From positions 12,648,001 through 12,712,000 of the forward strand of contig NC_087447.1 of the NCBI RefSeq assembly GCF_036321535.1: a stretch of DNA of 64,000 nt, read 5' to 3'. Below are positions 36,851 to 49,030 of this stretch, in pieces. Each line of letters starts with the position of its first letter. Position 1 is the first letter of the stretch. The notes under the pieces are model-generated. The model was not told the origin of the DNA, searched no databases, and saw only the letters and a list, made by a program, of their open reading frames with translations. The position numbers were made by a program, and so were the translations under genes. Source of the stretch: Camelus dromedarius (taxonomy: Eukaryota).

Positions 36851-37807
36851 TCACTTTTTAAAGTTTATTAGAGGCAGGACATAGCATTTGTCAATGGCTT
36901 TCCTCAAGGCATTCTTTACTTCTTGGTTCCTCAAGCTGTAGATCATGGGGTTGAGCATAGGAATGACTATTGTGTAGAACACAGAGGCCATTTTGTCCGT
37001 GTCAAGGGAATGGTTTGATTTGGGCTGCAGATACGTGAAGATCAGAGTCCCATAGAATATAGTCACAGTGGTCAGATGAGAGCCACAAGTCGAGAATGCT
37101 TTGCACCTCCCTTCTGTCGACTGGATTCTCAGGATGGCAGCCACAATGTATAAGTAAGAAATAAGGATGGTGGTCAAAGAGCTGATCAAGTTGAGTCCAG
37201 CAAAGATGAAAATCAAGATCTCCTTGAGGCTGGTGTCTGAGCAGGCAAGGGCCATCAAAGGGACATCATCACAGTAGAAATGATTGATGACATTGGGGCC
37301 ACAGTAGATCAGTTGGAAAGTAACAACTGTGTGGAGCAAAGCAACAGAAAAGCTGTATAAGACAGGGCCCGTTACCAGCTGCAGACACACCTTTGGGGAC
37401 ATGACCACCACGTAGAGAAGAGGATTGCAGATGGCAACATAGCGGTCATAAGCCATTACTGAAAGAAGGAACATCTCCAAGATCAAGAAGTTCAGGAAAA
37501 AGCCCAGCTGTGTGGCACATGCATAGAAAGATATGGACCTGTGTCTGGTCAGGAGGGTCTGCAGGAGCTTGGGGGCTATTGATGAAGAGTAGCAAAGGTC
37601 TACAAAGGCCAGAGTACTGAGAAAAAAGTACATGGGCGTGTGAAGTCGAGAATCCAGTCGGATTAGTGAAATCATCCCAAGGTTTCCTACCAGAGTTAGA
37701 GAATATACCACTAAAACGAGCAGGAAGAGAATGAGTTCAATCCCTCTGCGGACTGAAAAGCCCAAAAGAATGAATTCCGTCACCCTGGTGCTGTTCCTTT
37801 CAGTCAT
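36851..37807 (-). CDS. Intact olfactory receptor, OR8U subfamily-like, 318 aa
   Basis: The true start is probably ATG 37807 ([17 protein letters not shown]), preceded by acceptor tgtctttcttcag/cag at ~37828. All canonical motifs are present: [43 protein letters not shown]. Shares [19 protein letters not shown] with the 54625 gene. Confidence 0.94.
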   Translation of the reverse strand: MTERNSTRVTEFILLGFSVRRGIELILFLLVLVVYSLTLVGNLGMISLIRLDSRLHTPMYFFLSTLAFVDLCYSSSIAPKLLQTLLTRHRSISFYACATQLGFFLNFLILEMFLLSVMAYDRYVAICNPLLYVVVMSPKVCLQLVTGPVLYSFSVALLHTVVTFQLIYCGPNVINHFYCDDVPLMALACSDTSLKEILIFIFAGLNLISSLTTILISYLYIVAAILRIQSTEGRCKAFSTCGSHLTTVTIFYGTLIFTYLQPKSNHSLDTDKMASVFYTIVIPMLNPMIYSLRNQEVKNALRKAIDKCYVLPLINFKK

Positions 37808-38769
37808 TTGTTCCAATCTCTCAACTGCTGAAGAAAGACAAGTTAAAGACTGAAAAATTACCGGGCATAAGAAATTGTCACCAGGCATCAACTCTTGTGT
37901 GTTTCAGCTTCAGAAATTATTGTTCATTGTGGTAGAATATCAGAACAAACACATCCCATTTCAAACTCTCCTCTCTGGCTGTTTATAATTTTATGAGGTC
38001 AAAAGTCGAGTTCTCATAAAGATAAACCAATTAAAGTCTGCAGAGTAAAGGTGAAAAGATGAACAAAATGGTGTATGTTTGAAAAGATATTTAATATTTT
38101 AGATTCAGACCATTTTCAATTATATTGAATAAAGAGAAGAAACCATTTTTTTTATTTCCTGCTCCCGTATCTTCTTCTTGGTAGAGCAGAACCTTAATGT
38201 AGTAATTTATTGCCTCTTTGAGTAGATATTTTTATTTGTTTTTTAAAGTATAGTTATCTAAATTAAAGTGTTGTGCCATGTTGCATTTTAACTATTTATG
38301 ACATTTATAATCAAGAATGTTTTCTACAATTTCTGTTAAATTTTCAGTGATTATAACTGCATTCCTCCTTTTAAAAGGTGGTAATCTCTTTGAAAACGAG
38401 AGAAATAGAAAATGTGAGGAAGTGAGATTCCTGCCTTATGCTGTTCCTCTTGGACGATGTGTCATTGTGAATTCGATGCCCCTTTCAACTTCTAAAGGAA
38501 GATAAATAGCTAACTTTAATTTCAAGAGGAATGTAATAAAATAAAAAAAATTATCATCCTTATCAAATTAAAAAAGTGTACAAAGTAGAAAAAATAATTC
38601 CTGTTTTCTCCTCAAACATTTTGTCCAAAGGGAAACTTTTTTTTCTAACAGTTTAGTGAGAGTGGTCAGAAAATTATTCCTTTAAATTTTTTTCTTCTCT
38701 CTCTATTGAATCATCTTAATACTATTACTTGTACCTAATGTGCTCTCTAAAAACAAGAAACAAAAAATA

Positions 38770-38880
38770 TATATGCATACATACACAAACATGCACATAC
38801 ATATATACACAAACACACACATATACATACAGATATGTGCATATATACACACATACGCAGTTACATATAAGTGCATATAT
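38770..38880 (+). repeat. Degenerate (CA/TA)n low-complexity tract
   Basis: Read directly from the sequence; similar tracts lie at ~7225-7258, ~17455-17560 and ~25365-25398. Confidence 0.85.
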
Positions 38881-39639
38881 AAAACCTGACATGAAAACAG
38901 AATTTCCCTCTATCCGTTTATTTTCCACTTAGCGAAGTCGAAACCCACCGTGTGAGAGGTGTTGAACTGGCTTGTCTTCCTGAACTGGCATCCTAACACA
39001 GCTACGGTGCTATAGCTCACTATTCTGGGAATAGAATAGAAGAAGAAATGAGAAAACACTGATTTGGCTGCCATGTGCTCACTACCATCCATGGCAACAT
39101 GACTCTGGTCCCACTCTCGGTCTTCCACGATAAGTATCCTTTCAGATGTTTTAGGGGTAATTAGTGGAAGTGTTGGTACTGAGTTACTTTTCTTTGTGCA
39201 TACATTGGAATTAGGCTTATTTTTTTATTTTTCTTCTTTTTAATTAAATAACTTTCAAAACCCGGACACGCTCATCAATTTCAAATTGACCCATGAATTT
39301 CTCTGATAGATGTTTCTTAAACCTCAGCATTCCCCCCTGAGAGAAAGACAACTCCCACACACACAAAGGTTCTTCATCAGAGGATTTGACTTCTGATTGT
39401 TTATCAACAGATAAAACGTGTTTTCTTCTTCTAAAGGACACCCAAGTCTCAGGCAGCAGTTGAAGAAGATATTTCATTTGGGGAGGGTTAAGAAAGGTGT
39501 TTCGTTCTTGAGAAGAGACATCAGCTTCATCTAGTTGGAGCTGAACTAGCCAGGGCCATCTCCTTTGTTTTAAATTGGGGAAAATTGTGGATGACTTGGA
39601 AATAAGGCGCTATGTAATGACCAACAGCAGTACTTGTTA

Positions 39640-39845
39640 ACCTACCAGCATGTGGAAGAAATCTTCCCCCGAATATTTCCCCAGGGGTCTCCTTTCCAAG
39701 GACTCTCTCAGACAGTCGAGATATGTGAACCAGTGCTCCAGGCCTTTATATAATGCAGTCTCGATTCTGTTGAGAGTTAATTCCCAGTGTTCCCCCAATG
39801 TGAGCGCACCAGAGTGCAACTGTGCACCCTCCAGGGTGCAACCTG
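39640..39845 (-). promoter_or_regulatory. Predicted promoter / first exon of the OR8U-like gene
   Basis: Minus-strand TATATAAA at ~39745-52, donor tg|gtaggt at 39645, O/E site tccccagggg at 39678-87 and ttaattccc at ~39778. Motif prediction only. Confidence 0.45.
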
Positions 39846-40561
39846 ATAAGAAAGTTCCAATCAGATGAAGATTAGCTGATAAAAACAAAGGTAACTTTAA
39901 GTTATGTTTGAAACTAGAATAATGTCAGCATGAAATCACTAGTCCTTGGTTACGTATGTCCAGTTCAACTGCTATAAACAAAACAAAGAAAAGCAAAACC
40001 AAATGGCAAACAATTTAAATATTACAACTACTTTTAATGTATTCATCATTTGTTTTCATTTGTCCCTTCCATTCCCTGTGATCTTCTCAGCCAAAGGGAT
40101 TCTGATTCAATTATTTGTTCTATATTTACTGAGTGTGTTTTATACCTTGAAGTTGTAAGTTATCCAGCAATCTGTTTGTTTACTTTTATAATATGTAATC
40201 AATAAATACCTGATATCTACATCCTAGAGAGTAAACATTTAACTCTTTATAATCACCTGGCATTGATTTGTTGTATGACCTAGGCAAGAATTAAGCTATC
40301 ATATGTACAAATAGCTAACTAATTGCCCTGATGTTATTAATTGAATAATCCACCTCTTTCTTATTAATTTACAGTTAATGGACTTTAAACATATCGCCTC
40401 ATTTACTAAAATAATTCAATAAAATCAACCAGTTTCTGTATATATTAAAAAAAACAACCTTGGAGTATTAGTATTGATAGGTATGGGGCATTTTTATATA
40501 TCCTTTATTTTGTTAAAAAAATATATATATACATACATTTTTCTAGGATGAAAAGAAAGTA

Positions 40562-40771
40562 CAGTTGAAACCTGAACAACACAGGTGTGAACAGCGTGGA
40601 TCCACTCATAGGAGATTTTTTTCCAATAAATACGGCTCCAGTAGTACACCTCCCCTGGTCGGGTGGCTCTGCAGGTGTGGAGCTGCAGGTGCAACTCTGC
40701 TGTAAACTTATAGGCAGATTTTCCATCTGGAGGAGTTGGTGCCTCTAACCTCATGTTGCTCAAGGTCTATG
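40562..40771 (+). mobile_element. Tigger2-derived MITE
   Basis: ta-cagttgaaacctgaacaacacagg...gttgctcaaggtctatg matches the Tigger2 TIRs. Confidence 0.75.
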
Positions 40772-40944
40772 TTAGCTGTTTACAAAATCTGATATACAGA
40801 AATATATGAAAAAAAATCTCTAGAAGTAACTGCTCTTTTAAGTTTGGGGACGATTCATTTTTCATTTTTCTTTTTTTTTTTTTGTATTTTATTAAATTGT
40901 GTTCAGAGTATATGACAATTTACTGCTTGTAATGAATTTTTTCC

Positions 40945-41158
40945 CAGCAATTCATTTCTATGGGGAATTGGTTCCAGGACACCTCTTCCTTCCCCCAGCG
41001 CATCATTGCCCAAACCAGTGGATGCTGAATTCCCTTATTCACAATTGCATAGGGCAGTCGGACCTTCAATCCAGGGGTTCCACATCAGCGGATTCACCAA
41101 CCATGGATCTTGGATGAATCACACATTCAGGACCCACAAATATGAAGGGCGGATGGTA
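40945..41158 (+). mobile_element. MER2/Tigger2-family MITE
   Basis: ggggaattggttccaggac...gatgctgaattccctta...ggttccacatcagcggattcaccaacc. Confidence 0.7.
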
Positions 41159-43389
41159 TCCTGGGATACATAACATTCGACATTCTTCCCAAAGCATGTC
41201 TCTAATTTACTATATTAAAATCTTGTTATTTTTTTCTAATTTGGAAAATAATAATGCTATGATAAATTCTCTTAGTCAAAATTGGTTTAGAATGATCCAA
41301 TATTTTTAGGATAAAATATTAAAAAATAGAATGAATAAAATAATGTGTCTGTTTTAAAATACTTTGCCTATTGCTAAATTATCTTCTTTTCCAGCACTGT
41401 TCCTAGCAGAGTTGTGTGTGTTTCCATGTTGCCTCCAAATCAGGTCCTCCGACATTTCTCAAGATCGTTCCAGTAAGCCTTTTCCCCCCATTATTCAGTG
41501 GAAAGTCCCCTTACTGAGGTCGTGTTATTCAGCCTAACAGTGGTATTTGCCATAGCTCACCACTCCTTGGTTAACCTTCTCCACTCGAATTCCCTCCTCT
41601 CCTGGTTTTCCTCCTGCACGTTCCTTCGCAGGTTCTTTGCTGGCTCCTCCTCATCGCCTTGACATCTAAATTTTGGGGGGACATAGCTCAATTTCTTGCA
41701 GAGCTGTAAGCATGTCCATATTTTTCTGCAGGAACAGTAACAATTATCCATGCAGGTTTTACTTTTCCAAGCTTATTCTCTAAAAATGGTGTTTTCTCTT
41801 TTATGTATATTTCATCATTAGTAAACTACATATTAATCATTGGTAAGATTTATATTTTAGCGATAATTAAGCACATATTAGCAAAAGAAGAATCATCCTT
41901 TTAAAAAAATAACGAGCTTGGCATAGGTGGGAGTCAAATTGCCAAAAAACTTTCTGAGAGATTCATTTTTGCTCAACAATAATATATTAAATCCCCAGTT
42001 TGTGTCAGGAACTACAGATCAAGTGTCTAAAAAGGGACTTCTATTTAGTTCTTTTTTCTTTTTAATTCCTAAATCAGTTTACATTAAGCATTTTATTTTC
42101 TTCACCCAATTTTTGGCACTTAATTCCTAACGTACCTAGTTTCAGTCTTTCTTACTTAATGGCAAAGGAGTGTATGGCTCCGCATGAAGGGTCTTCTGCA
42201 TGTAACTTCATTCACATTCTTTTAGTTTTTATTGAAACACACACACATATGCAGTTATTTCCCTGAGGCTTTTAAGCTGCAAATTTGACTTATTCCTTCC
42301 AGCAAGTTTATTTTATTCATTTTTCATGGAGTGACTGAATTTGATATCTTTTAATATAATGTTTTGATTGTGGTAAGATTTTTTATGTCCTGCTCGTTTC
42401 ATTAGAAAATGATCAAACCAGAGTAATAAACACTTTATCACAGTTCAGATTATAATTTATATTCCGAAAGTATGCAGAAACCAACCCTTTGCCCACTTAT
42501 TGCAGCTCACAGACCATCACCTCCATCCAAACTGTGCACACGTGGTATATGCTGTCTCATACTGCCTGTAGATGTATTTCACATTTGCTATTGCAATCTT
42601 ATTTCCATCTGAGTAGACCTTTGCCTTTCAGACCTTTTTGGATTTCTTCATTCAGGGAAGGATTAAACCCACCACTATCCTTTCATGCATTCTAGCAGGG
42701 CATTCCGCCTATAACATATGTCAAAAACCTTAATTGTGAAAAAAGTAGTAGCTTGACATCGAATTTGAAAAGTTTTAATATGTGATTAAATTTCCAAATT
42801 TGGGGGAATTGGTCAATATGCAGTGTCTCTCCACAGAATTTAGAAATTCGCAAGTGCCTATTGTTTGCTCGTGCTGTATAATATGAAAAAAATTAAGTTA
42901 GCGTTTCCATCTCTGGTCAGGCTGCAAAAGTTCAGAATATGTGGGAAAATTAAGAAAAATGCCATTTTTTTGGTAGCAATTGTAATTCTCCTCTTGTTGA
43001 CTTTAATTAAATAATTGCTGATTATTAAGTAAAGAGGAATTGAAGTCAGTCATTGCTTACGTGTTAATGATGAAAGTCTCTCTGGGTCTTATTAAAAAAT
43101 TCTTCATTGCCAATAGAATTCCCTACTGTGAGTTGCTAAAAGTGGATTTACTTGCTAATCAGTTTCAAGGGGGCTTATTACAATGCATTTCTCAGCTTTT
43201 TTATGGGACATATTAACAGAAACCAATCTCAACAAACATGAAGTTTCAACTTCAGATTAATGACCATGCCGTGTAGTTTGAATGTGTTGAAATAATCATC
43301 TGATTCCTCAAGGGCGGCAGTTTCCTCAGCCTTGAATCTCTTTCCTCTGGGTGACAAGAAAGCAGTGGGAAGAGAAGAAGATTTGGAGC

Positions 43390-43530
43390 AGGATCTGGGT
43401 TTGCACTCAGGCTTGTCTACTCTGTCCCCATGTGCACTTGGGAAGGTCATAAACCCTGAGCCTCAATTAAGAAATAAAAATACTACTTACAGTGCATGGC
43501 AAGTTTGAGGAGAAAACCTTTAAAAGATAT
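43390..43530 (+). mobile_element. MIR
   Basis: ggatctgggtttgcactcaggc...gtcataaaccctgagcctcaatt. Confidence 0.5.
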
Positions 43531-43624
43531 TACATTACTTTGCAAACTGCAACCTGATGATTCTGTGATGATTAGGAGAAGAATGATCATGATGACAATC
43601 GTGACAACAGTGACTGAAGTTCAT

Positions 43625-43810
43625 TAGGTGTTTATTAAGTTCCAGGCCAGGCATCAAAAAGTTCTCCATACAGCACACCACGATTCCTCGCAAACACTAT
43701 AATGTTGAAAAATGTTCCCCCATTTCAGATAAGAGAAGCCCAGAGAATTTAAATAATTTGCCTCAAGTCACAACTGATGAATATGTTAGCTGGAATCAAG
43801 ATTCAAGGTG
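43625..43810 (-). mobile_element. MIR
   Basis: cccatttcagataagagaagcccagagaatttaaataatttgcctcaagtcaca. Confidence 0.7.
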
Positions 43811-44269
43811 GAGCTGCAGAATGGATATATAGTTCAAAATTAATCTAACCCTAAAATTCTCAAGAATGTGTTATTATAGTGTCCCTTTTAGTATGTATAA
43901 TAAAAATCTTGGATACTTCTCTTATTTGTAGTAATAGTTTGAATATTGCTGTAAGTAGGTAGGTAGATACATACATACATAAACACATATATAAATATGC
44001 ATTTATCATTACATTATGTTACATATCTCAACCAAATAAATTATTTTTCACTCCTCAAGGAGAATTTCACTTTAACTATGAATCTCTTATCAAGCCAGCA
44101 ACCTAACCCAGGGAATAGTAAACTATGTAAGTGCATCTCTGCATTCTCTTATTTTTAAGATACATGCATATCATATAACATGTAATTTTTCATTCTGAAT
44201 TTCATTTTTTTATTAATTTATCTGTGTATCAGTCTCTTTCAAATTCACTGCATGTCATTCCACAGTGTT

Positions 44270-44810
44270 AAGCCACTATCTTGTTTAAGGGAGCTCTTTG
44301 AAAAGTATCTGACTGTATCAATCTTGTAGATAAGACATTCCCATTGTTTCTGTCTCCTATAGGATTCAGTCCAAACTCATTAACGTGAAAGGCAACACTC
44401 TGCGTCCAGGGCCTTGACTGTCTCCCTGACTCCCCTGCTCCCCCCTCCACAACCTGCCACACAGTCTCTCCTTCCCTGACTGTGACTCTTCCTGCTGTGT
44501 TTGTGCTTTCTGTGTCAGTGAAACGCTTTCCCACAGCTTTTCCATTCTGCGTAAATGTCTCATTTCCTTCTCATCTTCTCACGACAAGCTCAAAAGATAA
44601 CTTTGTGGTAGAGATTTTTTTTTCCCAGTTTACCTCAATCTTCTCTCTACCTGACCCCCAAGTGGAAGGAGGGCTGTTCGACCATTTCTCAGTATCCTCT
44701 GTGACCTCCTTGTGTCAGTTACGTTTTTCACACTATGTTGTGATCTGCGTGTTCCATATGTCTCTCCTCTCACTCAGCTGTGAGCTACCTGAGGGCACAG
44801 ACTCCAGCAG
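44270..44810 (+). mobile_element. L2 3' region
   Basis: ggattcagtccaaactcatt...ctgtgagctacctgagggcacagac. Confidence 0.7.
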
Positions 44811-45699
44811 AGTCATAACTTTAACTTCAGTAATTTATATAGGGTGACAATGAAGGTTATTATTTTGTTATTTTAGTAAACACTGAGCTAATTTGAATAA
44901 AATCTAAAAGGAAAGCAGCAATGTATTATAGTATCATTTCTAAGCCAAAAATTCCATTCCTTTAGTGTCTTTTTATCTGATTATTTTTAATGTATATCTT
45001 AGTTCAATACACATACAAATAATAGGTCTCACACTGTTGTAAATAAGTTTTCCTCCATTGTTTTTTCTACATTTCTATTATAATGGGGTGTCATATGGGG
45101 GAAGTTTTAATTATTCTGATTGATTTCCTTGGGGTGTGCTGATCACATTATTTGTAAAACATATTTTTACTTCTTTCTTTCAAAAATCTATGCTTCATCC
45201 CTGATAAGCCTTAGAGGTGGGTAAGAACTAGTTTCTGGAAATCGGTTTGGTTAGATAAGGCTTCAGATTTCAAAGGTCTTTTTAATTCAGAATGCTTATT
45301 AAAGGATTGCTAGTTCCCTTTTAACTAAGAACCGAATTCATTATGTCTTTTGGAATTAAGACCAGTGCCCTCTGCTTTAAAAGCTAAATCTTCTTCTCTT
45401 TGTTGACATATATTAAACCCTGTTTCTAAATCTTAGTTCTAAGCTCTTCCTTAGTCAGATTCAGAGGTATTAATTTTAAAGGACAGTTTCTTACTTATTT
45501 AGAAAATATTTTGAAGGTATATACATACATATATGTACGTAAATATGCATTTCTTATTTTTCCTGAGTAAACATTTTTTGGCCTCTATGATAATACTTTT
45601 AACAGAGACGTGCTAATATTTCAAACCCCAAAATGATGCTACTTATAAATTTTAACAAATTTTAATCTTTATACTAAAGAAACTAATTATTATATAATC

Positions 45700-45899
45700 A
45701 ACTCTTTATTATGGAAATTTTCAAACATGTACAACATTCGAAGATTTGATAGAATAATCCCCACCCCACCACCAGAAAAGCTGCTGGCCTCAGCGTGTCC
45801 ACTCATGGTCAGATAGGTTTCATCCAGTCCTCTTACCCAATCTATTAACCCCCAAAGATATTTTGAAGTAAATCTCAGACTTTACACCATTTCGTCAAG
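45700..45899 (-). mobile_element. L1ME 3' end
   Basis: tttattatggaaattttcaaacat...gatattttgaagtaaatctcagac. Confidence 0.65.
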
Positions 45900-46374
45900 T
45901 GATATTCTCCAGGCACAGGCCACCAGGAACCTGCAGCCACAGTTGTGTTGCTGTTGCTTGCTTCAGCTAGGGAGCTCACACACCACGGCAAACAGGGGCA
46001 TCTCAGTAAGAAGTCTTAGGGACCGGGCTTTCTAAGAGATTTCAACCTAAGAGGTTGTTTATAACAGGGTTCAAGAAGGCACGGTTACACTTTCAATTGG
46101 ATGATGTCAAATGAGTTGGTACGTTAATGGTTCCTGTTTAGAAAGTGGATATATTGGAGGAAGGCGAAAGCTTTACGTGGTAGAGAAGCAGCAGTCCCTT
46201 GTGTTGGCCGGATGGGCAGGGTGTCTGACGGTTTTATGGTTTAGGCAGCGTTACTGGTTTTGCCTGTGCTCTGCCGTTATTACAGAGGGATCCTGCCTTG
46301 CCTCACTTCACCACCTTTACCACGTAAACTTTTCTCATATTCACGTTTTGGGAAATCATTGATATTCTGTAACA
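45900..46374 (-). mobile_element. ERVL LTR, MER74/LTR53-like
   Basis: On the minus strand it runs TGTTAC...ggttcctggtggcctgtgcctggagaatatCA, the terminal motif of this group. No TSD seen. Confidence 0.6.
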
Positions 46375-46549
46375 GAATGCTACGGCTTAGCTTTTAGTGC
46401 CAGACCAGATAGATCCCTTTCTATTGGCTGCATCCACCCGGATCTGGCTACCGGGCATGTGTGGGAGATACGGTGGGTATGACTGTGCTTTGGAGCAGAG
46501 CAGGGTGGAGAAGGGTAAATGAAGGTTATGTCTCTGGAGTCTGTCACAA

Positions 46550-46760
46550 GCATGCTCTTCCACTGACTTGGTGTGTGACTTTGACCAAGGTGCCCGACCT
46601 CTCTGTCCTCTCTGTACTTCAGTGCTTCCCTTGTAAACAGAAATACTGATAGTATTTATAACAGAATTCTTCTGAGCATTACGTGTACTAACACACAGAC
46701 TGCTTGCAAGAGTGCCTGCCACAATATAAATGACCCTATGTAAGTGTTTGTGGATATTAA
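46550..46760 (+). mobile_element. MIR
   Basis: tcttccactgacttggtgtgtgactttgaccaagg...cttcagtgcttcccttgtaaacag. Confidence 0.7.
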
Positions 46761-46782
46761 TGTTAGTAATGTTACTATGCTC

Positions 46783-46900
46783 TTTTTTGGGGGGTGGTAA
46801 TTAGGTTTATTTATTTATTTTTAATGGAGGTACTGGGGATTGAACCCACAACCTTGTGCATGCTAAACAAGCATTCTACCACTGAGCTATACCCTCCCCC
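46783..46900 (-). mobile_element. tRNA-derived SINE (Vic-1-like)
   Basis: ggaggtactggggattgaaccca...ctaccactgagctataccctcccc, plus the antisense ctaattacc tail. Confidence 0.9.
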
Positions 46901-47201
46901 TAAGGTTATTAAAGATGGTGATGTTCTTTTATTCACTCCTAGCTGGAAATGGAGAGAGATAATTACATAAGGTTGAGGAGCCTTACTTTGCTCATCTGTT
47001 TAAATGACCACATTAAACTAGCTGATCTCAAATGTTTCAATTGAGGGTGATGCAAATAATGAGTGGTGGGAACTTGAAAAATTGAAAGCAAGGGTTAGAA
47101 CACAATCTTGACATCTGGTGGTAAGTTGTCTTTCCATATGCTTATAACTTACTTTTCAGAGTGCTTATGTATTCAATTATATATGAGTTTACTTATTTGA
47201 C

Positions 47202-47232
<31 letters not shown>

Positions 47233-47249
47233 TTCAATAAGGAACCGTG

Positions 47250-47575
47250 TTAGTAGTCAGGGATTCAGTAGTCTGCAAAACAGACACAGACCCTGTCTCA
47301 CAGAGCTGACAGTCTATTGTGAGAGAGACTTAAATAAACAGTTAGACAAAAGGGCATTTAATCATAAGCTGTGGTCATTCCTTTCAGGTAGAGGTACACA
47401 GTGATGAGAAAATATAACAGAACCCCAGGAAGTTCAGGTTTCAGCAAAACATCCCTTAGAAAATGATGCTCAGTTTGAATTCTCTAATAAGAGTTGACAA
47501 AAGGGATGGGAGGTAGGGACATTATCTAAGAGAGAAGAAACAGTGTACCAAGTTTTGTGGCAGGAGGAAACTTAG
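47250..47575 (-). mobile_element. L2 fragment
   Basis: aaaacagacacagaccctgtctcacagagctgacagtcta. Confidence 0.7.
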
Positions 47576-47579
47576 GAGA

Positions 47580-48222
47580 AGTGATGGTATAGTCACTAAG
47601 AAAGCAGTGTAGAGGGTCCTCAAAAAATTAAAAATAGAACTTCCATATGATTCAGCAGTCCCACTTTTAGATGATACATATATAATCAATATATCATTAT
47701 ATGTATACATATATATATAAAATCATTGAAATCAGGATCTAGACTAGATATCTTACTCCCATGTTCATTGCAGTACTAGTCACCATAGCCAACACATAAA
47801 AACAACCTAAATGTCCATCATTGGATGAATGGATAAAGAAAATGTGGTGGGTACGTAGAGTGAAACATCACTCGGGCTTAAAAAAGAAGGAAATCCTGCC
47901 ACATGTGAAACCACGGATGAGCCTGGGGGATATTATGATGGGTAATATAGGCCAGTCCTAGAAGGACACATGGTGCGTTATTCTACTTCTGTGATGTATC
48001 TGAAATAGTCGGTCATAGAAACAGAGTCAGATGGCGGTTGCCAGGGACTGGGAGGAGGGGTGAATAAGAGTTGTTTAATGGAAAGAAAGTGTCAGTTTAT
48101 AAGACAAGTAGCTCTAGAACCTGGTGTGCAACACTCTATCTAGTTAATACTACTGTACTGTGTACTTCAAAACTTAGCAGCAGAGATCTCACGTTAAGTG
48201 TTCTTCATACAATTAAAAAAAG
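47580..48222 (+). mobile_element. L1MA/MB-type ORF2 end and 3'UTR
   Basis: cctcaaaaaattaaaaatagaacttccatatgattcagcagtcccactt, aacctaaatgtccatca, ggttgccagggactggg. Confidence 0.9.
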
Positions 48223-48455
48223 AAACAAGACAAGGAAATTGTGGTATCAATGACAGGAAGTAGATAATGTACACATTTTCAAATTTCAAAGAGACTCAAC
48301 TAAGACTGGAAAAATGTTTACTGTATTTATTAATAATGTGAGAGTCAGGCTAGAAAGGACTGGCTTCAGTGGCGTAGGGAAAAGCTGGATGGAAAGAACA
48401 AACGTGTACAGGAAATCGGAACAACTGCATGATTTCTTCAAGAATTTGGGCTACT

Positions 48456-48598
48456 AGAGGGGGTGGGTATAGCTCAGTAGTAGAGCATATGCTTAGTATG
48501 CATGAAGTCCCAGGTTCGAGCCCCAGTACTTCCATTAAAAAAAAAAAAATAAATGAATAACCCTAATTACCTCCCCTGCCCCACTTAAAAAAAAAAAA
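48456..48598 (+). mobile_element. tRNA-derived SINE (Vic-1-like)
   Basis: A and B boxes, ccctaattacctcccc tail and polyA. 16-bp TSD aagaatttKggctact at 48440-55 and 48599-614. Confidence 0.92.
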
Positions 48599-48899
48599 AA
48601 GAATTTTGGCTACTGCTCTGAGCTGTTTTACACACACACACATTCTGAAATTGGTTGGAAAATGGTTTTCTAGTTTGAAAATTGTGGAAAAAGCTGGATT
48701 TCACCATTAATAATAATACATTTCCCTTATAGTGTAGATTCACCAAGAGAGACTCTGACACTGTGGTAGAAGTAGTTCTGTTTTTCAAGTAAGTTCTTGG
48801 AGTATCTTCATTTTATTTATTATTCTGATTTGTCTTACTTTTTAAGCAAATATCTTTTGAATACTAACTACTTATCATAGAGTTTGCTGGGATATTTGC

Positions 48900-49030
48900 A
48901 TACAATAATTCATCTAACATTCACAAAAACATAAGAGATGTATCATTTTGACTTGATTTTACAGTTGAGGAAATTGAGACTTAAAAAAAAAACAAATGTG
49001 GATGTTGTCCACATTCTCATGAGTTCAGTT
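48900..49030 (-). mobile_element. MIR core
   Basis: attttacagttgaggaaattgagactt. Confidence 0.6.

Noticed and set aside
36900-37060. Gene conversion between the two OR8U genes
   Set aside because: The peptide is shared but there are many synonymous differences, so this is purifying selection.
37808-37891. 28-aa N-terminal extension in the 346-aa track ORF
   Set aside because: It runs through a polypyrimidine/CAG acceptor and is probably intronic. ATG 37807 gives a normal OR N-terminus. The same applies to the extensions at 4024, 29839 and 60000.
8889-48598. tRNA-like A/B-box sequences as tRNA genes
   Set aside because: They carry SINE tails, poly-A and TSDs and have degenerate stems; they are SINEs.
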